From Ignavibacteriota bacterium (GTDB lineage Bacteria > Bacteroidota > Ignavibacteria > UBA10030 > SZUA-254): DNA of 64,000 nt. A program made the position numbers and the translations under genes. The notes beneath the pieces were generated by a model. The model made no database searches. It saw nothing but the letters and a program-made list of their open reading frames with translations, and was not told where the DNA came from. This document shows, piece after piece, positions 21,114 through 30,032 of this stretch (position 1 is its first letter; every line of letters starts with the position of its first letter). The stretch spans positions 65,566 through 129,565 of the forward strand of contig JACREZ010000032.1 of the NCBI GenBank assembly GCA_016212665.1, given 5' to 3'.

Positions 21114-24100
21114 ATGAAACTATATCATCAAACAAAATTTTTGTTCAGCGTTGCATCCTCAATCGTATGCTTCGTACTTGCGTTCTTTATTATCATTCAA
21201 AACTCAAACTCATTCAAAAACGAACAGGAGGAAGAAGGTCACGCGCTTGACGCGTTCAACTGGTGGTATGGTCAACGGGAAAATTCAGATGGGATGATTG
21301 CATCGCAATCGCTATTGAAGGCTCATCGGTACGCATCAAGCAAAATGAAACGAGAGGAAACCAAACGACAACCGAATGGCAAAACAGTTCAATGGGAATC
21401 TATCGGACCGAACAACGTAGGCGGGCGGATTCTTTCGCTCGCAATTGACCCATCAAACACAAACATCCTTTGGGCAGGCTCTGCAAGCGGTGGATTATGG
21501 AAATCAACCACAAAAGGAATTGGCGCTGATGCATGGGAGTACGTCAACACTGGCTTCCCGACAATCTCCATCAGCGCAATCACGATTGACCCGGCAAATC
21601 CGAATGTCATGTACATCGGGACAGGTGAAATCAGTTATTATCATTTTCCGTTGATAGGAACTCCGGGAGCGAGAGCATCATACGGAATGGGAATTTTGAA
21701 ATCAACAGACGCAGGCGCAACATGGAACACAACTCCTCTCACATTTACTTTTTCTCAAATCACGGCAATTCAAAAAATTGTTCTCAACCCGCTCAACACA
21801 AACACCGTGTACGTTGCTACGAGTGAAGGTGTTTACAAAAGCGCCGATGCAGGACAAACATGGAGCGTTTCCAACTCAGTCGTGATGACAATGGATTTGG
21901 TGATGAGTCCTTCCGATACTTCGTTGTTGATTTCTTCTCACGGCAACTTAAACTCGTCCCCCAATCCGGGAATGTACCGAACTACCGATGCGGGTGCAAC
22001 GTGGACGCTCATTACAAATTATTCTCCGACATTCTCTGACTTTGGAAGAACTGCTCTCGCGTTCTCTCCATCAAATCCACAAATAGTGTACGCGGGAATC
22101 AGTAGTGGTTCAACACGTACGCTTCTCGGTTTATATAAATCATCAGATAGTGGAATTTCCTGGACGAAAGTTTCATCTACTAATTATGTCGGCTCGCAGG
22201 GCTGGTACAATAATGTTGTCGCCGTAAACCCACAAGATGAAAACGTTGTGTATTGCAGTGGAATTGATTTGTATGAATCAATCTCCGGCGGAGCGAACCT
22301 CACACGAAAAACAGATTGGACACATGGCTACATGTATTACATCGCGCCGGGTGGAATTGAAGGCGACTCACTCTATGCTCACGCAGACCATCATGCAATT
22401 GCCATTGACCCAACCGACCCGAATATCATTTATGCAGGAACTGATGGTGGCGTATTTCAATCAACGGATGGAGGCGAAACTTTCTCCGGAAGAAACGGCG
22501 GACTCGTCACGACACAGTTTTATCCCGGCTTTGCAAATTCTTTTTTGAATGAAAACATCGCGTTCGGTGGATTGCAGGATAACGGAGTGCTAAAATATCT
22601 CGGAACCACTGCATGGAACAAAGTTGACGGCGGCGATGGCGGTTGGTGCGCAGTTGACCCGCGAAGCGATAACATTGTCTTTGATGAATATGTCTATCTG
22701 ACAATTTCGAAATCAACAAATGGCGGCTTAACATTCCGAAGTATTTCTGCAAGTCTTCCAACCGGTTCGAGTAATGCAAACTTCATCGCGCCGTTTGTTA
22801 TTAGCCCTTCCAATCCTGATATTTTGTATGCAGGTACAAAGGTGGTGTATAAAACAACCAACGGCGGCGACTCATGGTTTGCAACCAATGGCGGAAACTG
22901 GTTTAACGGAACACAAGTCTCGGCAATCGGCGTTTCGTGGTTGAGTTCAGATACATTGATGGCGTCAACAGGAACAGGAAGTTACAACTCATCCCCTTTC
23001 TTTCAGATTTTCGTTTCAACCAACGGCGGACAAAATTGGTCGAACGTAACCGGCTCACTTCCCAATCGCTATCCGACCGATATTCATTTTGATTATTCAA
23101 ACAGCAAAACTGTTTTCCTGACATACTCCGGCTACGGAACTTCTCATGTTTTCAAGACGACAAACTTAGGACAAACGTGGCTCAACCTGACCTCAAACCT
23201 TCCCGATGTTCCGACGCAATCCATTGTCACCGACCCGGAAAACCCGGAAGATATTTTTGTAGGAACTGACCTTGGAATCTATCACTCTTCCGATGGCGGA
23301 GAATTCTGGAACGACTTCAATGCAGGAATGCCCCTCACGATGATAACTGATGTCACCATTTCAAACATCACCGGAATACTTCGGGCATCAACGTTCGGGA
23401 ACGGCTTGTACCAACGCTCGCTTCCGAGAGTTCCTGTTCTCAATCTCAAGTATCCAAAAAACGGTGAGACACTTATTGCCGGAAAAGAATATCAAATCAA
23501 ATGGACGCAAAGATATTGCTCGAATGTTGACATCGAATATTCATCCAACAACGGAACCGATTGGCAAACAATCGCATCAAATCTTCCTGCGAACACGGAC
23601 TCACTCAGTTGGACAGTTCCGTTTGATTCGACTGAGACTGCGAAACTCCGGTTCATTCATCTCAGCGATAGTTCCGTCATTGATTCAACTCAATATTTTT
23701 CGATTATCATCGCACCGCATGTGCTCAGCGATTGGAACTTGGTCTCCCTTCACCTCTCTGTAAATGATGCGTCGAAGTTGAACCTCTTCCCTACCGCCTT
23801 GAGCGAAGCATATCGTTTCGAACAAGGATATAAAATCAGTGACACACTGTACAATGGTTTCGGCTACTGGTTGAAATTTGAAAAACCGCAACATGTATTT
23901 ATTGCAGGCGATTCTATCTTCACAGATACCGTACAGGTTAATGCGCGATGGAATATTATCGGTTCGCTCTCCGTTCCGATTTCTGTCAACCAAATTACCG
24001 AGAGTGTTTCCGGATTGACAACGTCTGCTATCTTCGGTTATGAAGATGGTTACTACATTACCGACACCATTAAACCGATGCACGGATATTGGGTGAAAGC

Positions 24101-24815
24101 ATTACAGGCAGGAGAACTGATTCTTTCTCAATCGAACATAGTATTTCCAAAATCTTTGAGTGTGAAGGAACAATTAGAACAACTCAACTCACTCACATTT
24201 GAAGACGCACGGGGAAAGAAACAAACACTCTATTTCGGAACTACGTCATCAAAATTCAACAGTAATCAATTCGAGATGCCCCCCACTCCTCCCGGCGGCG
24301 CATTCGATGTCCGATACTCCACCAACAAGTTCGTCACATTGTTTGATAAAACACATCCGGCAGAAATTCCCATCCATATTTCTTCAGAACACTATCCAAT
24401 CAAAGTCTCATCAAAAATTATTGACGCTTCCCAAAACATCTCCGTAGTAATTGATGGATCAAAAACTCAATTAACATCAATAACCAATGTACAAATCGTC
24501 AATCGTCAATCGTCAATCTCAATCATCAATACTACTTCTCCCGATCTCCCTAAGCAAGTAGTTTTGAATCAGAACTATCCCAACCCCTTTAATCCATTGA
24601 CAATTATCAATTATCAATTATCAATTCACAATTATGTAACATTAAAGGTGTATGATATTCTTGGAAAAGAAATTGCAACCTTAGTTGATGGAAAACAAGA
24701 AGCAGGTTCTCACTCAATCAAATTCGATGCAAAGAATCTCGCATCCGGAATTTATTTGTACAAACTAACGGTCGGTTCGTTCACCGAAACAAGGCGGATG
24801 ATAGTATTAAAATAA
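21114..24815 (+). CDS. T9SS type A sorting-domain protein with VPS10/BNR beta-propellers
   Basis: WESIGPNNVGGR, STDAGxTW repeats, HADHH, LNQNYPNPFNP CTD; start at 21114 or 21090. Confidence 0.88.
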   Translation: MKLYHQTKFLFSVASSIVCFVLAFFIIIQNSNSFKNEQEEEGHALDAFNWWYGQRENSDGMIASQSLLKAHRYASSKMKREETKRQPNGKTVQWESIGPNNVGGRILSLAIDPSNTNILWAGSASGGLWKSTTKGIGADAWEYVNTGFPTISISAITIDPANPNVMYIGTGEISYYHFPLIGTPGARASYGMGILKSTDAGATWNTTPLTFTFSQITAIQKIVLNPLNTNTVYVATSEGVYKSADAGQTWSVSNSVVMTMDLVMSPSDTSLLISSHGNLNSSPNPGMYRTTDAGATWTLITNYSPTFSDFGRTALAFSPSNPQIVYAGISSGSTRTLLGLYKSSDSGISWTKVSSTNYVGSQGWYNNVVAVNPQDENVVYCSGIDLYESISGGANLTRKTDWTHGYMYYIAPGGIEGDSLYAHADHHAIAIDPTDPNIIYAGTDGGVFQSTDGGETFSGRNGGLVTTQFYPGFANSFLNENIAFGGLQDNGVLKYLGTTAWNKVDGGDGGWCAVDPRSDNIVFDEYVYLTISKSTNGGLTFRSISASLPTGSSNANFIAPFVISPSNPDILYAGTKVVYKTTNGGDSWFATNGGNWFNGTQVSAIGVSWLSSDTLMASTGTGSYNSSPFFQIFVSTNGGQNWSNVTGSLPNRYPTDIHFDYSNSKTVFLTYSGYGTSHVFKTTNLGQTWLNLTSNLPDVPTQSIVTDPENPEDIFVGTDLGIYHSSDGGEFWNDFNAGMPLTMITDVTISNITGILRASTFGNGLYQRSLPRVPVLNLKYPKNGETLIAGKEYQIKWTQRYCSNVDIEYSSNNGTDWQTIASNLPANTDSLSWTVPFDSTETAKLRFIHLSDSSVIDSTQYFSIIIAPHVLSDWNLVSLHLSVNDASKLNLFPTALSEAYRFEQGYKISDTLYNGFGYWLKFEKPQHVFIAGDSIFTDTVQVNARWNIIGSLSVPISVNQITESVSGLTTSAIFGYEDGYYITDTIKPMHGYWVKALQAGELILSQSNIVFPKSLSVKEQLEQLNSLTFEDARGKKQTLYFGTTSSKFNSNQFEMPPTPPGGAFDVRYSTNKFVTLFDKTHPAEIPIHISSEHYPIKVSSKIIDASQNISVVIDGSKTQLTSITNVQIVNRQSSISIINTTSPDLPKQVVLNQNYPNPFNPLTIINYQLSIHNYVTLKVYDILGKEIATLVDGKQEAGSHSIKFDAKNLASGIYLYKLTVGSFTETRRMIVLK

Positions 24816-25016
24816 ATATTCCCCCTTTGAAGAGCCTGTCCCGAATTTATTTCGGGAGGGGCAGGTCTACGACTCGTAGAGGGGATGTCACACCAATGAA
24901 AAACAAAATTATTCCATCTCCGAATCTTGAAAATAGAATGGATATTTGTTATACTGTCACAGAACAACAAACATGTCTTCAAAAAAACATATTACGTAAA
25001 TCATACTTGCGTAGTT
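24761..25016 (+). repeat. Copy 1 of repeated unit: T9SS gene 3' end + composite REP + promoter + attI-like site
   Basis: Near-identical to 26805-27090; TTGAAA(24927)-17-TATACT(24950); ends tacttgcgta-GTTAGC. Confidence 0.85.
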
Positions 25017-25102
25017 AGCAGTCATACTAAAAGACATCACAGTTATAACAAAACACTACTTTTGAAACAACATTAATATTCTTTTTGTACCTTCGACATT
25101 CA

Positions 25103-26281
25103 ATGGCAGACAAGGCATACATAACCCCAAACGTTTTTAAATGGGCAAGAGAATCGGCAAGAATGTCCGAAGAAACTGCTGCTGCAAAAGTTTCTGTATC
25201 TGTCGACAAACTGAAAGAATGGGAAACAGGAACTAACCAACCTACCATTAGACAAGCACAAACCTTGGCAAAAGCTTACAAAAGACCTTTTGCTTTATTC
25301 TTTTTACCGGAAATTCCAAAAGACTTTCAGCCTCTTCAAGACTTCAGAAAGAGTGGCTCAAAATCATTAAGCACTGCTTCAGTATTTATTATCCGTGAGA
25401 TTCAACAAAAACAATCATGGATAAGTGAACTGAATGAAGAAAATAATGAAAATAAAATTCCATTTGTCGGCAGATTTTCAATTAAAGACAATCCGGTAAA
25501 TGTTGCAAATGATATATTAAATACATTTGGCATTACCCCGGCTAACTACAAAACTGAAAATCCAATTAAAGAATGGATAGACAAAGCAGAGTCGAACGGA
25601 GTATTCATTTCACGTACAAGTTTTATTCACTCACGACTTAAATTAGATTCAGAAGAAATTCAAGGTTTTGCAATTGCAGATCCTTTTGCACCCTTTGTTT
25701 TTATTAACTCTGACGATTGGAATGCACCACAATTATTCACACTTGTACATGAACTTGCACATCTTTGGATAGCTGAAACTGGTATTTCAAACAACATTGA
25801 ACCGGAAATTAAAAATAAAGATAAGTTTCACCCCATTGAGTTGTTTTGCAATGAAGTTGCTGCGCATGCTTTAATACCGGAAAACTTCATGAACAACATA
25901 AATAAAAACACTTTTGATAATTCAATGGAAGTTTTTAAGGTTGCAAAAAAATTAGGGGTTAGTTCATTTGCTTTTTTAGTGAGAGCGTTAAACCTCAATC
26001 TTATTTCAATCAGTGTTTATCAAGCATTGAAGCGAGAAGCGGATGTTGAATACAACGCTTTTCTGAAAAGAGAAGCAGAAAATAAAGCAAAACAAAAGAA
26101 GAAAGAAAAACCCGGTGGTCCAAACTATTTTCTCTTACAACTTAATAGAAATAGTCGGCTATTTACTCAAACAGTTTTAGATGCGTTTCGTGGAGGTTTT
26201 ATTGAACCTACTCAAGCAAGTAATTTACTTAATGTTCGAGTCAATAAATTTCAAAAATTAGAGGCACAGTTATATAAATGA
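25103..26281 (+). CDS. XRE-family HTH + ImmA/IrrE metallopeptidase (antitoxin-like)
   Basis: N-terminal HTH (WARES...WETGTNQPT), FTLVHELAH, CNEVAA. Confidence 0.9.
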   Translation: MADKAYITPNVFKWARESARMSEETAAAKVSVSVDKLKEWETGTNQPTIRQAQTLAKAYKRPFALFFLPEIPKDFQPLQDFRKSGSKSLSTASVFIIREIQQKQSWISELNEENNENKIPFVGRFSIKDNPVNVANDILNTFGITPANYKTENPIKEWIDKAESNGVFISRTSFIHSRLKLDSEEIQGFAIADPFAPFVFINSDDWNAPQLFTLVHELAHLWIAETGISNNIEPEIKNKDKFHPIELFCNEVAAHALIPENFMNNINKNTFDNSMEVFKVAKKLGVSSFAFLVRALNLNLISISVYQALKREADVEYNAFLKREAENKAKQKKKEKPGGPNYFLLQLNRNSRLFTQTVLDAFRGGFIEPTQASNLLNVRVNKFQKLEAQLYK

Positions 26282-26784
26282 GCACAAAGGCAGATTTATA
26301 TTGTTTAGATGCCAATGTACTTATTCAAGCTTGGCTAAAATACTATTCACCCAAATTTTGCTCCGAGTATTGGGATGTTCTTAATCAGTTGGGAATCCAA
26401 AAAAAGATTTTTCTCCCTGCGTTAGTTTATGAAGAAATAACTCGGACTGAAGATGACCTATCGCATTGGTTAAATAATAGTAACATCCCAATTCACAAAA
26501 TTGATGAACCTGTCACCAAATGTTTGCAATCCATATATTCTCAAAATCCTCTACACAAAAATTTAGTTGACAACACAAAGTCAAGGTCGTTAGCTGACCC
26601 TTGGTTGATAGCGCATGCAATGAATGAAAGTGCGACTGTTGTTACAAAAGAAGAAAAGGTTACTGCGCTTAATTCAAACAAAATAAAAATACCGAATGTA
26701 TGTGAAAACATGGCTGTAAGGTGCATTAACGACTTTGAATTTATAGACGAAATGAACATTAAGTTTTCATGTAAATTGCAGTGA
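26278..26784 (+). CDS. DUF4411 family PIN-domain protein (toxin-like)
   Basis: YCLDANVLI, ADPWLIAHA, VVTKE, KIPNVC; 4-bp overlap with upstream gene. Confidence 0.88.
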   Translation: MSTKADLYCLDANVLIQAWLKYYSPKFCSEYWDVLNQLGIQKKIFLPALVYEEITRTEDDLSHWLNNSNIPIHKIDEPVTKCLQSIYSQNPLHKNLVDNTKSRSLADPWLIAHAMNESATVVTKEEKVTALNSNKIKIPNVCENMAVRCINDFEFIDEMNIKFSCKLQ

Positions 26785-26804
26785 TACGATACTCAGCAAA
26801 CCGC

Positions 26805-27090
26805 CAAACTCACATCCGGCTCGTTCACAGAAACAAAACGGATGTTGGTACTAAAATAAAAATTCCCCCTTTGAAGAGCCTGTCCCGAATTTAATCCGGG
26901 AGGGGCAGGTCTACGACTCGTAGAGGGGATGTCCCAACCATGAAAAACAAAATTATTCCATCTCCGAATCTTGAAAATAGAAAGGATATTTGTTATACTC
27001 ACACTCAATAATGAACACATTATTCAAAAACATATCACGTTTATCTTCCTTACTTTGAATAGATATACGGAATGCGTACTTACAGTAGTT
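26805..27090 (+). repeat. Copy 2 of repeated unit, including T9SS CTD remnant KLTSGSFTETKRMLVLK*
   Basis: Direct repeat of 24761-25016; TTGAAA(26971)-17-TATACT(26994); ends tacttacagta-GTTATAC. Confidence 0.85.
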
Positions 27091-28323
27091 ATACGCCAGC
27101 ACGTGTCAGTGAGAAATGAAAGCAGCTGTTGACTCCATATTAGATCTCTCGACTTGGGAACTACCAAATCCCAAAAATCCCGAGACGGCATATTTTCCTG
27201 CAAAGGACGGTGTTGGCAGGCAGATGGCACGTTGGATTCTTCCTGATAGTCTATCTCCACTCGACTTGTTCTGTTACATCCGGGCACGCTTCGGTCCGCC
27301 CAATGGTCCAACAATGTTGATCCGACAAAACTCAACCGACAATTTGATTCAATGGCATTACACCCTGCGAACAGGCACAATACCTATCGACATTGTTGGA
27401 TTGACATCACGCATTGAGGTCTCGTTTACTCACGTTCCTGAATTCTCTCGGGCTGATCAGGAGAAACTCGTCGAGAACATCAAGAAAGACATCTCCCATC
27501 GTGCACCAGAAATAAAGGCGGTGCGGCAACAGTTGGAGAAATACTCTCTTTTCATCAATCCATACAAACGTTTGTCTGACATCCTTGATGATTTGCAGAA
27601 CAGGCTGCAGGGTCTGAAACTCGACGAGATTCAATTGCCAAGGACACCTACCACTGCGGTTACAAAGAAAGAAGCGGAAGAATGGCAAGCCGAAGCCAAG
27701 CGTTGTCAAGTGGTATTCCGTGAAGGTGCTTTACTCGGCACCAGCATCAGGATGATTGCTCCCGTTCTTGGTGAGTCTTTCGTCAACCTGCTGATATTCA
27801 GTCTTGCCAAGCCAGAAATCAAGAACGATGAGCGACTATACAAGGATTTGATAAATAAGCAGATAGATATTAGAATCAAAAGTCTACATCTCTATTGCCA
27901 AGGGTTTGCAAAACCAATCGATGCGTCAAGCGACTCATTCAAGGACTTCCACACATTAATGAATCGTAGAAACGATATTCTCCACGGCAACATCGACCCG
28001 CTGAGGTTGAAGTATGACGAGGCGTACTTCTATGGAACAATTCCCCTTTTCACAACGCAAAAGGATTTTGCAACAAGAGGCATCAAGGAGTATCTGAGTG
28101 GTGTTGAGCCAGAGATTGCTCTTGCCGACATTCGCACTGTCACGAGGTTCGTGGAGTTTGTCTTGAATCATCTTTCGCCGGATTACATATCTTCGGTCGA
28201 AATGATAATGAATGATCCAAAGCCCGGATGGAGAGAGGACACCAAGCGAATCGGTATCCTTTTTTCCGGAGTTGCCGAAATGTTATTGATCAAGGAATGA
28301 AGTGACACGTGCCGGCGTATAAC
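27088..28323 (+). mobile_element. Integron-like gene cassette
   Basis: GTTATACGCCAGCACGTGTCA (27088-27108) and TGACACGTGCCGGCGTATAAC (28303-28323), 20/21 inverted match, tightly enclosing one ORF. Confidence 0.7.
27116..28300 (+). CDS. Hypothetical protein with HEPN-like RxxxxH motif
   Basis: 394 aa; RRNDILHGN in helical C-terminal half. Confidence 0.7.
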   Translation: MKAAVDSILDLSTWELPNPKNPETAYFPAKDGVGRQMARWILPDSLSPLDLFCYIRARFGPPNGPTMLIRQNSTDNLIQWHYTLRTGTIPIDIVGLTSRIEVSFTHVPEFSRADQEKLVENIKKDISHRAPEIKAVRQQLEKYSLFINPYKRLSDILDDLQNRLQGLKLDEIQLPRTPTTAVTKKEAEEWQAEAKRCQVVFREGALLGTSIRMIAPVLGESFVNLLIFSLAKPEIKNDERLYKDLINKQIDIRIKSLHLYCQGFAKPIDASSDSFKDFHTLMNRRNDILHGNIDPLRLKYDEAYFYGTIPLFTTQKDFATRGIKEYLSGVEPEIALADIRTVTRFVEFVLNHLSPDYISSVEMIMNDPKPGWREDTKRIGILFSGVAEMLLIKE

Positions 28324-28373
28324 AAGCAAAACACCGAACAAGGAATTAAGAGGAATATTTACTTAGGTGCCAA

Positions 28374-29033
28374 ATGCCAACGATAACTGAGACGGTTGAC
28401 AACCTTGACGAAGCCAAGATTCTCGGGTACTTCGAGGTTATTCGAGGAACTTTCCTGACAAAGATTCTTCAGTTCCTGATGATTCATGGTGAGAAAGACA
28501 GTCATCCAATCATTGCTCGATCCAAGATTCCCAACGATGTCATTGCGCAAGTCAAGCACGAATTTGGCAACGAAAAACTGTTCTTTCAGGCCCTTGAGCT
28601 CGAAAACGAAGAACTCTATCACAATCTGATGGAAGACATTCTCACATCGATACTGGTCGGGTCTTGGATTACTTTCGAACAGATCGCTAAAGACATTCCC
28701 AACCCCAATTATTCACACAATGCCGATGACCAGAGTCTAGACTATAAACGAGGAGATTTCGGATTTTCCAAGACAGAAAAGGATAACCTTGATCTGTTCT
28801 ACTACATTCGAAATTCAATTCAACATCACAACGGTGCTTACTTCGCTTCCAGAGAGGTAAACGCTAAGTACAATGAACAAGTCTTTCAATCCATCGGACA
28901 CATTGGAGAGAAGATGATTATCAGCCTTCAAACAGCATACAAAATTTGTCTCGACCTTGAACGACTTTCGTGTAAGGCTTGGTCAAATTATCAACGGCGC
29001 AAATACATCTCATTACAACCGTCTCCGTTGTAA
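28374..29033 (+). CDS. Hypothetical protein with HEPN-like RxxxxH motif
   Basis: 219 aa; WITFEQ and IRNSIQHHNG. Confidence 0.7.
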   Translation: MPTITETVDNLDEAKILGYFEVIRGTFLTKILQFLMIHGEKDSHPIIARSKIPNDVIAQVKHEFGNEKLFFQALELENEELYHNLMEDILTSILVGSWITFEQIAKDIPNPNYSHNADDQSLDYKRGDFGFSKTEKDNLDLFYYIRNSIQHHNGAYFASREVNAKYNEQVFQSIGHIGEKMIISLQTAYKICLDLERLSCKAWSNYQRRKYISLQPSPL

Positions 29034-29148
29034 CGTAAGTGCCTGACGCTCCAGCCTGCCTGCCGCAGGCATGGCGTCCATTATGAGGTATCGTGTACAT
29101 CTGCCTCTGCCACAAGAATACTCCATGATGCTACAAGTAAAATCAATT

Positions 29149-29358
29149 TTCATCCTTCCGCTTCTTATTTCTTTCATCCTATTTTCTATTTGTAACATCT
29201 TCATTTTGGTTTCTTCCTTCCTGTTTTTGATTAGTTTCAACACGTTTTCAATTTCTTTCATACTCATTTTTATTTGTTATTACCTATTTCGTATTAGTTA
29301 AATACTAATTTTTGTTTATTGCATACTATTTTCTATTTTTAGCATCCTCTATTCAAAT
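29149..29358. repeat. Degenerate 21-bp-period tandem array (~10 units)
   Basis: tctttcatcctattttctatt / tctttcatactcatttttatt / tattgcatactattttctatt in exact 21-bp phase. Confidence 0.8.
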
Positions 29359-29373
29359 TAATCAAACAACATT

Positions 29374-29727
29374 ATGCTAACTCTCGACCTAAAAGCAATT
29401 TGCAAACTTCGTGGCATTGATAGACCATACTCCTTTTTAGTAAAAGCGGGAATTTCTCCACAATCTGCAACAAAGTTAATAAACAGCAATACCCGCATTT
29501 TCCGCTTAGACCACATCGAAATCATTTGCGACAAACTTAACTGCACTCCCAATGACCTCCTTCGTTGGAAACCGGATAATGGTTCCACCCTCACCGACAA
29601 TCATTCTCTGACAAAATTATTACGGGATGAGAATTCATTCCAATTGCTCGAAACGTTAAAGGCTATACCATTAGAACAGTTAAACCAAATCGCAACACTC
29701 ATTAATCAACAAAAAACAGGCAAGTAA
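29374..29727 (+). CDS. Cro/C1-type HTH transcriptional regulator (HTH_26-like)
   Basis: LDHIEIICDKLNCTPNDLL. Confidence 0.85.
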   Translation: MLTLDLKAICKLRGIDRPYSFLVKAGISPQSATKLINSNTRIFRLDHIEIICDKLNCTPNDLLRWKPDNGSTLTDNHSLTKLLRDENSFQLLETLKAIPLEQLNQIATLINQQKTGK

Positions 29728-29841
29728 AAACCAAATCTCCAAATAATCAAAATTGAAATTAGCAAAGATATTCGTTATACTGTTACCGAACGATGAACAT
29801 GTCTGAAACAAATATCTTACGTTAGTCCTTCTTACGTTGCT
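29728..29841 (+). repeat. Copy 3 (diverged) of promoter/attI-like unit
   Basis: TTGAAA(29753)-17-TATACT(29776), aacatgtct, ttacgttagtccttcttacgttgct align with copy 1. Confidence 0.65.
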
Positions 29842-30032
29842 CGGTCAACGACCTGTCGGGAAATACGCATCCGTATTTCAACAACTTAACGGTGAAGTTC
29901 TCACAATTTTGGAGCTAATCGGACAGAGAAACTCATCTTGAATCATTCTCAATATTCTTCGACCTCAATCATCTCAACGCCGGATAGAAATCTATTTTTC
30001 TACCGGAATTTCTACAATAATTTTACCTCGTA

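Noticed and set aside
4212-24815. Shared C-terminal module of the two T9SS proteins as a novelty
   Set aside because: Paralogous sorting-domain modules are expected in this lineage.
24752-27020. Paired 75-76 aa minus-strand ORFs at 24752-24982 and 26793-27020
   Set aside because: They only reflect the duplicated REP/promoter unit.
24761-27090. Diversity-generating retroelement TR/VR pair
   Set aside because: Differences between copies are not restricted to adenines, most of the repeat is non-coding, and no reverse transcriptase is present.
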